DNA of 64,000 nt from IMG/VR virus record IMGVR_UViG_3300023119_000004; one strand, 5' to 3'. The notes beneath the pieces were generated by a model, which was not told the DNA's origin, did not search any database, and saw only the letters and a list, made by a program, of their open reading frames with translations. The stretch comes from a virus (taxonomy: Duplodnaviria; Caudoviricetes). The position numbers and the translations under genes were made by a program. This document shows positions 48,672 through 56,337 of this stretch, piece by piece; position 1 is the stretch's first letter; every line of letters starts with the position of its first letter.

Positions 48672-48980
48672 TTAGTTATTTTTGCTTTGAACTTTTGCTA
48701 GATAGTCACGAAACAGTGAGCCATGTTCACCGCGAATATCTTCTGGTTCTTTTGGAGAGTGCATACCGCCACCAGCGTCAGTAGTAACTGCTTCAATGTC
48801 AGCATACTGTTCTTTTGGTGCATTTGCAACAGATCCACATCCGCAATCATCGTCGGGAATTAAATCCTTTACTTGATCAAAACGTCGGTCATCATCTGTT
48901 TTGTTAATAGTAATATCTATTTTAGGTTGTTCAGCATCGATAATATCTAAAAAGCCTCTAATAAGATCTGCTATTCTCAT
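48672..48980 (-). CDS. Hypothetical protein, possible virion-internal
   Basis: MRIADLIR N-terminus like its neighbours. Confidence 0.5.
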   Translation of the reverse strand: MRIADLIRGFLDIIDAEQPKIDITINKTDDDRRFDQVKDLIPDDDCGCGSVANAPKEQYADIEAVTTDAGGGMHSPKEPEDIRGEHGSLFRDYLAKVQSKNN

Positions 48981-49927
48981 TGTTGCCCACCCTTATTTGC
49001 TTGTTTCATTAATTGTTTAAACTTGCCCATAAGTTGTGGATCTTGCATTATAGTCATAATGCTTTGAGCATACGGTGAAATTGCTTTAAGCACATTTGGT
49101 GGAACAGTTTGGCCTTGTGCAACTTTATCTAGTCCTTTAGCAACTTGAGCACCACTTGCTGTTGATCCTGTAACACCTTTAAGTGCTGTTGCTTTTTGTG
49201 CAACCTTTTGCGTATCTGCACCACCGGCCATTCCAGCAACTTTACCTGCAAGTCCGCCTTGTTGTTGTGCCGCCGCTTTAACTTCATCAGGTGTCGCACC
49301 AGCCGCTTTTGCTACTGCACCTACAGCCATATTAGCACCTTTTTGTGCTACTTTACCAGCCGCTTTTTTTAACATTCCTACACCCGGAGGTGCTTCGCTA
49401 ATAGAAGGATTAAAGTAAGGATTAGTTTCCTTTTCTTTAACCATTGCTTGACCTTTTGCCAGTGCTTTATTAAATTGTTTTAAACCTGTTTGTGGATCTT
49501 GTGTATTCTTACCGTCACTCCATTGTGTTCCGTCCCATTGCCAAGTAGTATTGCCATCGTTAAATGCACTACCGGGTTTTAGTTTACCGACATCTTTAAT
49601 TGGTTGTGGTTTTGTTGGAGCAGGAGCAGGAGCAGGTTCTGCTTTTGGTGCAGGTTTCTCTTTAGCAGGTTTGTCAAAGTCTTTGCCTTTAACATAAGCA
49701 TCTATATCTTTACCGTGATCAATACCACCATCTGGAACATTAGGATCGATTTGATAATTTGATGCGTATTTCTTATTAACTGCTTTATTTAATTTACTAA
49801 GCCAGTTACCTACTGCACCTGTACGTAGTTTGTTATCTGCTCTGTCTAATGATGCTTTAGGATTGAATCCGCCTGGAGGTGCTTCATTTAAGCCTTCGAA
49901 CTCTTCTGTGATGTCCGAAAGTTTCAT
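48977..49927 (-). CDS. Low-complexity A/G/K/Q-rich protein, candidate internal head protein
   Basis: MKLSDITEE leader; LNE-APPG and ISE-APPG; PA linker. Confidence 0.55.
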   Translation of the reverse strand: MKLSDITEEFEGLNEAPPGGFNPKASLDRADNKLRTGAVGNWLSKLNKAVNKKYASNYQIDPNVPDGGIDHGKDIDAYVKGKDFDKPAKEKPAPKAEPAPAPAPTKPQPIKDVGKLKPGSAFNDGNTTWQWDGTQWSDGKNTQDPQTGLKQFNKALAKGQAMVKEKETNPYFNPSISEAPPGVGMLKKAAGKVAQKGANMAVGAVAKAAGATPDEVKAAAQQQGGLAGKVAGMAGGADTQKVAQKATALKGVTGSTASGAQVAKGLDKVAQGQTVPPNVLKAISPYAQSIMTIMQDPQLMGKFKQLMKQANKGGQQ

Positions 49928-49928
49928 A

Positions 49929-50336
49929 TTACTCTCCTAGTGATTCTGATAGTCTTTGTTCTAGTTTTGAAATGTAAGAATCTTTGTTTTCGTTCTTTTC
50001 TGCTTTAGCGGCGTGTACTGCTTTGCGTTGTGCATCGTTTTTGTACTTGCCTTCAGTAGCAACTTCGTCGAATTTTGTTTGATAATCCATATGATGATAA
50101 ACAGAACCTAAATAGTCAGCGGCTTTGGTAATCTTAGCCTGTACCCACCCTTCTAAGCCTTCTTGCTCAGATACGCTTTTAAGCATTTCGTGTAACTTGA
50201 TTGAATACTTTGCTAACTTGTATAAATCTGCACGTGCCATTTGTACTTCATGATCACGTTCGGCCATATCAGCCATGTCGGCTAAGCCTTCGTTAAGTAA
50301 TTTTTCTGCTTCAATCATTAGTTTGTCCTGTTTCAT
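49929..50336 (-). CDS. Candidate internal head protein
   Basis: Late motif 5 nt before ATG; LLNE and ATE sites. Confidence 0.55.
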   Translation of the reverse strand: MKQDKLMIEAEKLLNEGLADMADMAERDHEVQMARADLYKLAKYSIKLHEMLKSVSEQEGLEGWVQAKITKAADYLGSVYHHMDYQTKFDEVATEGKYKNDAQRKAVHAAKAEKNENKDSYISKLEQRLSESLGE

Positions 50337-50341
50337 ACTAG

Positions 50342-50349
50342 TATTTATC
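50342..50349 (-). promoter_or_regulatory. Late promoter motif, apparently leaderless
   Basis: GATAAATA-N5-ATG, no SD. Confidence 0.6.
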
Positions 50350-50575
50350 TTTTAACTGTTTTGCCACCCATCAAATTGTTATCAATGTCGAGGGCGTTTT
50401 TAGCAGTTCCATCTGGATTTTTCTTTTGCGGAGCCTTAGGCAGTCCTTTTGAATCCTTAGGACGCTGTCCATATGCTTGTGCTGGATTAACTACTGTAGC
50501 AATAGCACCGGCACTTGTAGCACCCGCTGTTGCTGTTTCGTCTACTTTTCTATTAAATATTTCTCTTATTAGCAT
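50345..50575 (-). CDS. Small candidate internal head protein
   Basis: MLIREIF...VDE leader. Confidence 0.55.
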   Translation of the reverse strand: MLIREIFNRKVDETATAGATSAGAIATVVNPAQAYGQRPKDSKGLPKAPQKKNPDGTAKNALDIDNNLMGGKTVKR

Positions 50576-50579
50576 AGTA

Positions 50580-52718
50580 TTATTTATCTTGCATTAAACT
50601 AATTATTTCACGCAATGACCCTTTCATTATTCTAACTTTAGCGTCTGTTTCGCCCATAAATCTAAGTGCATCATATCTGTGATGACCATTAACAATATAT
50701 CCTGTATTATCAATTACTATAGGAGCATAGTTGCCTTCTTTTACACGAGTCATTTGCTTGTGTAGTTTATCCCAGGATCTATTACGTTGTACAGGTTTTA
50801 TTAATGAAATATCCATATATACTTCTTCATTAGTAAACTCTTGTAAATCTTCTTCACGTACTTGCGGTGGAGCCATGCCGTTTGTTATATAAAAGTATGA
50901 AGGATCTTCATATCCAGTTTCAGTTAGATCATAACCTTCTTTAGCCAACTTAGTTGCAGTTGCATACATAACTGCTTTCCAGTTATCTCCATAACGCTTT
51001 TTAAAGTCTGCTGAACCTTTTTTCATTCCTTTAACAATACGCTCTTTGTCTTTTTCTTCGCCTTTAGTAAGTTCACGCTCGTCATACTGTGCATCATCAC
51101 CTGGCTTATCAGCATCTTGTATATCATATCCAAGACGCTTTAATTGTTTCATCATGTATTTCTTTTCTTTTTCGCCACCCCAAAATTGAAGCATAATATC
51201 AGGATCGTTAGGATTTACATCTTCAGGATCAACATCTTTGACATTGGCTATATTAGTACCAAGTTTCATAAAGTCATAGTCTGAATCTGATTTAACTAAA
51301 GAAGTATTTTTAGGATTAGGAATTAATTCACCTTCGTCTTTTTTGTGTGGATCAAAGTCAGGATCTTGTATTACAATACGATCCTTTTTAACATAAACTT
51401 CTTTACCTAGTTTACGTGCAATATCCATTAAGTCTTTTGTTCTATTAGGATCAAGATTTTTAACCATATCTGAAACAAATGATGGTAGTTTAGATGCTGG
51501 AATACTTAACGCACCTTCTTCTATATCTTCAGTTGCAAATTTATCTTCAAGTCCTTGCATTTTATAAACAGCCTTAATACCAAACTGTCTAATTTTTGCA
51601 AACAATTTATCTAGTAATGGTTTCTTACCTTGGTTATGTTTTATCAAAAGCATTAACATACCAAAGTCGTTTGGATCTTTGATTAAATCTCTTAATTCTT
51701 CTGCATATGGTTTCAATATTTTTTCAACTTCAGCCCAAGCCATCTCGTGTGCATTGACTTGTTTGTTCCACCATTTTTCCATTTTGCCTAATATTTTATC
51801 AGCAAATCCAGATAGTTTATCAGTAATACCTTCGTCCATTACTTCTTCTGCAGGTTTTTTAAAGTAGTCTTTCAAATTACCAGCCGTCCTTTCAAACTTA
51901 TGATCTTTGTGTTTAAATCCAACACCACCTTTTGATTCCCAATTTCTAATGTTACTACCAAAGTCATCAATTAATATGTTTGGTGTTCCATCTGCTTGTT
52001 TAGCAAACTTCCATTTGTCTGCTGTAATAATAACTTCTTTAGGCGGAAAGAAACTTAAATTATCTTTAACCCATTCTCTTTTGTGTGGCTCTGCTTTAGG
52101 ATCATTTGCTAGAGGAGCACTTAGTATTTTATATTCGCCTTTAAGATCCTTAATAATATTTAGTAATCCTTTGGCGTTAGGTGTTAAAGGCAAAGACAAC
52201 CAAAAGTCTTCTTTGTCTCTAATTTTTTGTAGTGCATCTTCAATATCTTTAATTTCTCTCCAATCAGCACCAACAAGTTTTTTCCAAGCAGGAAAGAAAT
52301 CTGCAAGGACACCGTCCATGTCTACAAAAATTTCTGTAGCACTAGACAGTTCTTTACCCATACGTTCGTCTACGTTTTTATACTTTTGTTTGCGGGGAAT
52401 AATTTTTGACTTGTCTTTATGCGATCCAGCGGCACCACTTTTGCGTAATGCTTCCATATCTTTCCAATTTGGATCTCTTGCTTTAATTGGTTTCTTTATA
52501 TCTTTTTTACTCTCTGCCATTCCTAAATTAAACAATGTGTTTGGATCGCTATTCTTATGTGCTTTCTTGTGCATAGTATATAACGGTTTGCCTTGTTTGT
52601 CAACCGAATTTCCAAATTTCTTTGCTTGTTTAGGGATTTCATTAGGGCCTACATCAACAGTAGTATTAACTCCTGGTACAATTAATCCGCCGTTTTCTTT
52701 TAATTCTCTAAATCTCAT
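50580..52718 (-). CDS. Mosaic protein: HAD 5'(3')-nucleotidase domain, several small modules and a C-terminal ParB/Srx-like domain
   Basis: IFVDMDGVLADF and ILIDD (HAD); PIVIDNTGYIVNGHHRY (ParB-like); MRFRELKE leader. Confidence 0.75.
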   Translation of the reverse strand: MRFRELKENGGLIVPGVNTTVDVGPNEIPKQAKKFGNSVDKQGKPLYTMHKKAHKNSDPNTLFNLGMAESKKDIKKPIKARDPNWKDMEALRKSGAAGSHKDKSKIIPRKQKYKNVDERMGKELSSATEIFVDMDGVLADFFPAWKKLVGADWREIKDIEDALQKIRDKEDFWLSLPLTPNAKGLLNIIKDLKGEYKILSAPLANDPKAEPHKREWVKDNLSFFPPKEVIITADKWKFAKQADGTPNILIDDFGSNIRNWESKGGVGFKHKDHKFERTAGNLKDYFKKPAEEVMDEGITDKLSGFADKILGKMEKWWNKQVNAHEMAWAEVEKILKPYAEELRDLIKDPNDFGMLMLLIKHNQGKKPLLDKLFAKIRQFGIKAVYKMQGLEDKFATEDIEEGALSIPASKLPSFVSDMVKNLDPNRTKDLMDIARKLGKEVYVKKDRIVIQDPDFDPHKKDEGELIPNPKNTSLVKSDSDYDFMKLGTNIANVKDVDPEDVNPNDPDIMLQFWGGEKEKKYMMKQLKRLGYDIQDADKPGDDAQYDERELTKGEEKDKERIVKGMKKGSADFKKRYGDNWKAVMYATATKLAKEGYDLTETGYEDPSYFYITNGMAPPQVREEDLQEFTNEEVYMDISLIKPVQRNRSWDKLHKQMTRVKEGNYAPIVIDNTGYIVNGHHRYDALRFMGETDAKVRIMKGSLREIISLMQDK
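50581..50588 (-). promoter_or_regulatory. Late promoter motif, apparently leaderless
   Basis: GATAAATA-N5-ATG. Confidence 0.6.
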
Positions 52719-52933
52719 TTCTTACGGCCTCTGAATTGTGGCATACCTGTCATAAATGGTTTTGAAAACCAAAGTTTAAACCATTCTGGATCACCAGGCT
52801 TAACACCCATGTCACGTTCTTTTTGTTTAATAGCAGTAGCAGTTAAACTAGGATTCTCATCTATTTTGTATTCTGTGTATCCTTTAAATTCACCAATACC
52901 TGCTAGTTTTTGTAATTGCTTTATATCGTCCAT
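52715..52933 (-). CDS. Small hypothetical protein
   Basis: Packed ORF; ATGA overlap with the downstream gene. Confidence 0.6.
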   Translation of the reverse strand: MDDIKQLQKLAGIGEFKGYTEYKIDENPSLTATAIKQKERDMGVKPGDPEWFKLWFSKPFMTGMPQFRGRKK

Positions 52934-53136
52934 TACTTCTTACCGCCCTTCATATTAGCACACCAGTGATACATTTTACCTTTCTCACCACTGTACTTTT
53001 TAGCCTTAGCACGTAATGAACTAACACTTCCTTTACAACTTGCGCCAGCCTTCTTTACACGACCAGGACGACTTTTGCCTTTCTTTTTACCATCAGCAAA
53101 GTTTTCGTATACGGATTCTATCTCAGCAAATCTCAT
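52933..53136 (-). CDS. Small basic Cys-containing protein with acidic leader
   Basis: MRFAEIESVYE followed by a K/G-rich body. Confidence 0.6.
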   Translation of the reverse strand: MRFAEIESVYENFADGKKKGKSRPGRVKKAGASCKGSVSSLRAKAKKYSGEKGKMYHWCANMKGGKK

Positions 53137-53906
53137 TTGCCACTCCGTGCCATACTAATAAACCATTCTGCTAGGTCTTCGTCTTTTTTATTAAACTTGT
53201 GTGTGAATGCGTCTTTGTCGCCTTTAGCCGCCGCGGCTCTTCTTGCTTTTAATTTATCCTGTACACTTGGCTCTTCCGGAGCACGTTTCTTTTTAATAGT
53301 TGTACGCGGAACATTGCGAGTAGTAAACCCTAGTATTTCGTTTTTAATGCCCATGCCTTGTTTAACTGCATCAAACATTTCTTTTGCTAGATTTTCGTCT
53401 CCAGCAACACCTTGTTTAAATGTATCAAAGTCATCTTGTGCGGCCGCCGCCTTTAATTTACTAGCACTCATTCCTTCTGCACCTTCTGCATCAGGATCAC
53501 GTTCACCAGCATTCACAACTTCGATTACATCAAATGTATAATCATCACCGCCATTATATTTTTTAAGTAATTGATCAAAACTATCAACTCTGTCACTACC
53601 AGCAACATAAATTACTTTTGTATAACCTAGTGTGTATAGTTTTTTCATAGCATCGATAATAGTTCTAACATCGGGCGAACCAATAGTTATATCTGTACCG
53701 AAACTTTTTTGTGCAAAGTAAACTTTTTCTTTGTGTGATAAAGGATCTGTTTTAGGTTTTACAGTATGTGATAAAAAAAGAAAGTGGTCACCTGGAATAG
53801 AAGTTATTTTATCAACTAATTTCTTATGCCCAATGGTAGGCGGATTCATTCTGCCAAAAGCAAAAACAGCAATCTTTTGGTTTTCCGTAAGGTGACGAAG
53901 TAACAT
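53133..53906 (-). CDS. HIGH-superfamily (cytidylyltransferase-like) nucleotidyltransferase
   Basis: FGRMNPPTIGH, YVAGSDR, MSASK. Confidence 0.85.
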   Translation of the reverse strand: MLLRHLTENQKIAVFAFGRMNPPTIGHKKLVDKITSIPGDHFLFLSHTVKPKTDPLSHKEKVYFAQKSFGTDITIGSPDVRTIIDAMKKLYTLGYTKVIYVAGSDRVDSFDQLLKKYNGGDDYTFDVIEVVNAGERDPDAEGAEGMSASKLKAAAAQDDFDTFKQGVAGDENLAKEMFDAVKQGMGIKNEILGFTTRNVPRTTIKKKRAPEEPSVQDKLKARRAAAAKGDKDAFTHKFNKKDEDLAEWFISMARSGK

Positions 53907-54241
53907 TAATACTCCCCGTTTCTCAATAACTCCTCTTCTTCTCCGAAGATTAATTCTGCAAGAGACATTTTTTCTTCTTTGGATAAAAGTTCTTCAGGAC
54001 GTTTAGGAATATCATATTTTGAACAGTAATGTTTTACACCTGTTTCGATCATTTTTTCTAAATCAATTGGACCAATTGAATTACCATTCTTAATTTTATT
54101 TTGACAATCACACATTGTTGGATAGTAAGACTTCCTATAAAAGATAGGATCGTTCTTCATATGTGTTTGAAGGTCTTGAACTACACTATAAGGTAATTCT
54201 GTTTTTTCAGGTTTGCTATCAAAATCTACTGCTTTTACCAT
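53906..54241 (-). CDS. Hypothetical protein
   Basis: Packed ORF. Confidence 0.55.
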   Translation of the reverse strand: MVKAVDFDSKPEKTELPYSVVQDLQTHMKNDPIFYRKSYYPTMCDCQNKIKNGNSIGPIDLEKMIETGVKHYCSKYDIPKRPEELLSKEEKMSLAELIFGEEEELLRNGEY

Positions 54242-54996
54242 TTTCTACAACTCCAGTATCTTGCTTTTGTTCTTGGCCCTGGATTATCACAATTATGTCT
54301 AGCACGGAATGAACGTCTACGTGCTGGATTAGATTTTTTAATCTTCATATTAGGATCGCCAAAGTTAACTTTCTTTACGTTACCTGTTTTAGGATCCTTT
54401 ACGTATACTTTAAACTTTTTAACATCGCCACGCATAGGCTTGCCTAGTTTAACTTTACGTCCTTGGTATTCTGCTTCGTCAACAATGTCATCTTCGTTAA
54501 ACCACAAATCACCGTATGCTTCATAGAAGTCATCACCATCATATGTTTCTTCAAAAACGTTAGATAGTGTTTTTAATCTTGCTAATTCGTCTGACTCATT
54601 TTCATCTTCAGGTACAGCCTCTGCCATTTCTTGACAATCAGTACATCTTCCTACACCGTCATAAACATCTGCAATAGCCGCTCCGCAACAGTTGCTTACC
54701 ATGTCTGGTTCGTTCTCATCGCCTGGAGAATAAGATTCTTTTTTAGCCCAGTCGCCTGAAGAAAATGCAAGTCCTAAATCGGCTATAAACTTATCAATAG
54801 CGTCTTTATCAAGTGGGTTACTATCTGGAAGGATTGTTGTAAATTCTTGTCCAAAAGCACTAGGTTCTGTTTTCCAACCTAGTTGTTGAGCCGCTGTTGG
54901 TATTTTAGTATTATTGCCTTTAACAACTACCTTGGAATAGTTTCCTTCGCCTAAGGCTACTTCAGCAAGATAATCTTTAAATGTTTTATTAGTCAT
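54235..54996 (-). CDS. Candidate internal head protein with T4-like capsid-targeting leader and basic C-terminal domain
   Basis: MTNKTFKDYLAE resembles T4 CTS MKTYQEFIAE; C-terminal FRARHNC...YWSCRKW. Confidence 0.6.
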   Translation of the reverse strand: MTNKTFKDYLAEVALGEGNYSKVVVKGNNTKIPTAAQQLGWKTEPSAFGQEFTTILPDSNPLDKDAIDKFIADLGLAFSSGDWAKKESYSPGDENEPDMVSNCCGAAIADVYDGVGRCTDCQEMAEAVPEDENESDELARLKTLSNVFEETYDGDDFYEAYGDLWFNEDDIVDEAEYQGRKVKLGKPMRGDVKKFKVYVKDPKTGNVKKVNFGDPNMKIKKSNPARRRSFRARHNCDNPGPRTKARYWSCRKW

Positions 54997-55028
54997 ATGA
55001 TAGCACCTTCATAATACGTATTATAAAG

Positions 55029-55036
55029 TATTTATC
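55029..55036 (-). promoter_or_regulatory. Late promoter motif
   Basis: GATAAATA upstream of 54996. Confidence 0.55.
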
Positions 55037-55044
55037 AATAATTG

Positions 55045-55368
55045 TTAGATGCTGATTTCGATATCGAAGTTGCTGTAGCCTAGATCAAACAGTTTGTTTG
55101 CTACTCTTTCTGCTACAACATTAGATTCTGACTCTGATAGTGCTTTATGTAGTCCTACAGTAAGCACAATACCGTCATTTACAGTATTATATGACTCATA
55201 CATAGTTTCGTCTTCTAGTAATCCTTCGTCAGCACATTCAAGAATAGCATCAACGAGATACTCGTCTACTTCTGCTACTTGCTTTTTATTCCATACAATG
55301 CTAATAAAATTTTCCATGTTACTTCCTAATGATTTAGTAAGACGCTGTTTATTGTACCGTCTGTCCAA
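55045..55368 (-). CDS. Acidic hypothetical protein
   Basis: Packed ORF. Confidence 0.55.
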   Translation of the reverse strand: MDRRYNKQRLTKSLGSNMENFISIVWNKKQVAEVDEYLVDAILECADEGLLEDETMYESYNTVNDGIVLTVGLHKALSESESNVVAERVANKLFDLGYSNFDIEISI

Positions 55369-55676
55369 TTTTCAATTACTGCTCTAACCCACACAAAATT
55401 ACCAGTAAAATTCTTAAAATCTACACCATCTTGTGAGTATGTTGTAGTAATATCAGTACCAGTAATGTCAAACCAATCACCTGCAACTGGATTGGTAGCA
55501 AGTGTGCCTTGCAATTTAACAGTTCCTAAGAACCCTGTGTAGTTAAATTGTGCTGTGTGAAAGCCGTCTGATCTACCGTAGTAGCCATCACCCTGATATT
55601 TGTCACCCGTATGAGTCTGTACAGAACTGTCTCCTACGTGTGTTTGTGCTGATAATATTGTAGTACTTGTGGACAT
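55326..55676 (-). CDS. Probable structural (beta-rich) protein
   Basis: T/G/D-rich; late motif GATAAATA-N5-ATG at 55682-55689. Confidence 0.5.
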   Translation of the reverse strand: MSTSTTILSAQTHVGDSSVQTHTGDKYQGDGYYGRSDGFHTAQFNYTGFLGTVKLQGTLATNPVAGDWFDITGTDITTTYSQDGVDFKNFTGNFVWVRAVIENWTDGTINSVLLNH

Positions 55677-55680
55677 AGTA

Positions 55681-56337
55681 TTATTTATCTGTTTTTTCTA
55701 TTGTTAGGACTTTGTCTGTACGTAGCACATTCTTGTTTAAAAATAGGCTAATCATAGTAAATGTTTGCTCATCTTTAACAAAAATATAACGTCCTTTTAG
55801 ATTATATCCCTTTTCAATATCTTCTAATACTGCATGACCAACACGTACTTTATCTGGATTCTTTTTACAATAATTTGCTAGGTTAGGGTCAGCAGTACCG
55901 TTAAGTGTAATCTTTAGTTGGTAAGTATCGTCCTCGCTAATAATAGTGTTAGCATCAAGATCTATACCTTCGGGCGGTTCAAATAGTGTGCTATTTGGAT
56001 TCTTTAATTTGCTATCTAAAAGTAACAACCAATCTTTGTTATTAGAATAAACTCCTAAATACGAACCTTCGCAACGTAATGAGTATTCTTGATCAGCAAA
56101 CGTAAAGTGATTAAGAAGTACTTTTAGATCTTCAACTTGTGAATCAGTTAAAGGCCTTTCGTGCATTCGTGTTTTTAAAAAATACGAGTTACCTTGTTTA
56201 CTATTAATAATATTATCAATAGCAGACCTAGCATATTCTAATTTTTTATTACGAAAGATATGAGCAATAGGACAGATTACACCTAATTTGAACTTATACT
56301 TATCGTAGAATAGTTTATTTGTTGTTTTATACTTCAT
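55681..56337 (-). CDS. Hypothetical protein
   Basis: Packed ORF downstream of clpA. Confidence 0.6.
   Translation of the reverse strand: MKYKTTNKLFYDKYKFKLGVICPIAHIFRNKKLEYARSAIDNIINSKQGNSYFLKTRMHERPLTDSQVEDLKVLLNHFTFADQEYSLRCEGSYLGVYSNNKDWLLLLDSKLKNPNSTLFEPPEGIDLDANTIISEDDTYQLKITLNGTADPNLANYCKKNPDKVRVGHAVLEDIEKGYNLKGRYIFVKDEQTFTMISLFLNKNVLRTDKVLTIEKTDK

Noticed and set aside
49612-49650. GCAGGA tandem repeat
   Set aside because: Encodes a Pro-Ala linker; not a CRISPR array or contingency locus
51907-52734. 275-aa plus-strand ORF
   Set aside because: Antisense shadow of the 712-aa gene with Ser/Leu/Phe-rich shadow composition
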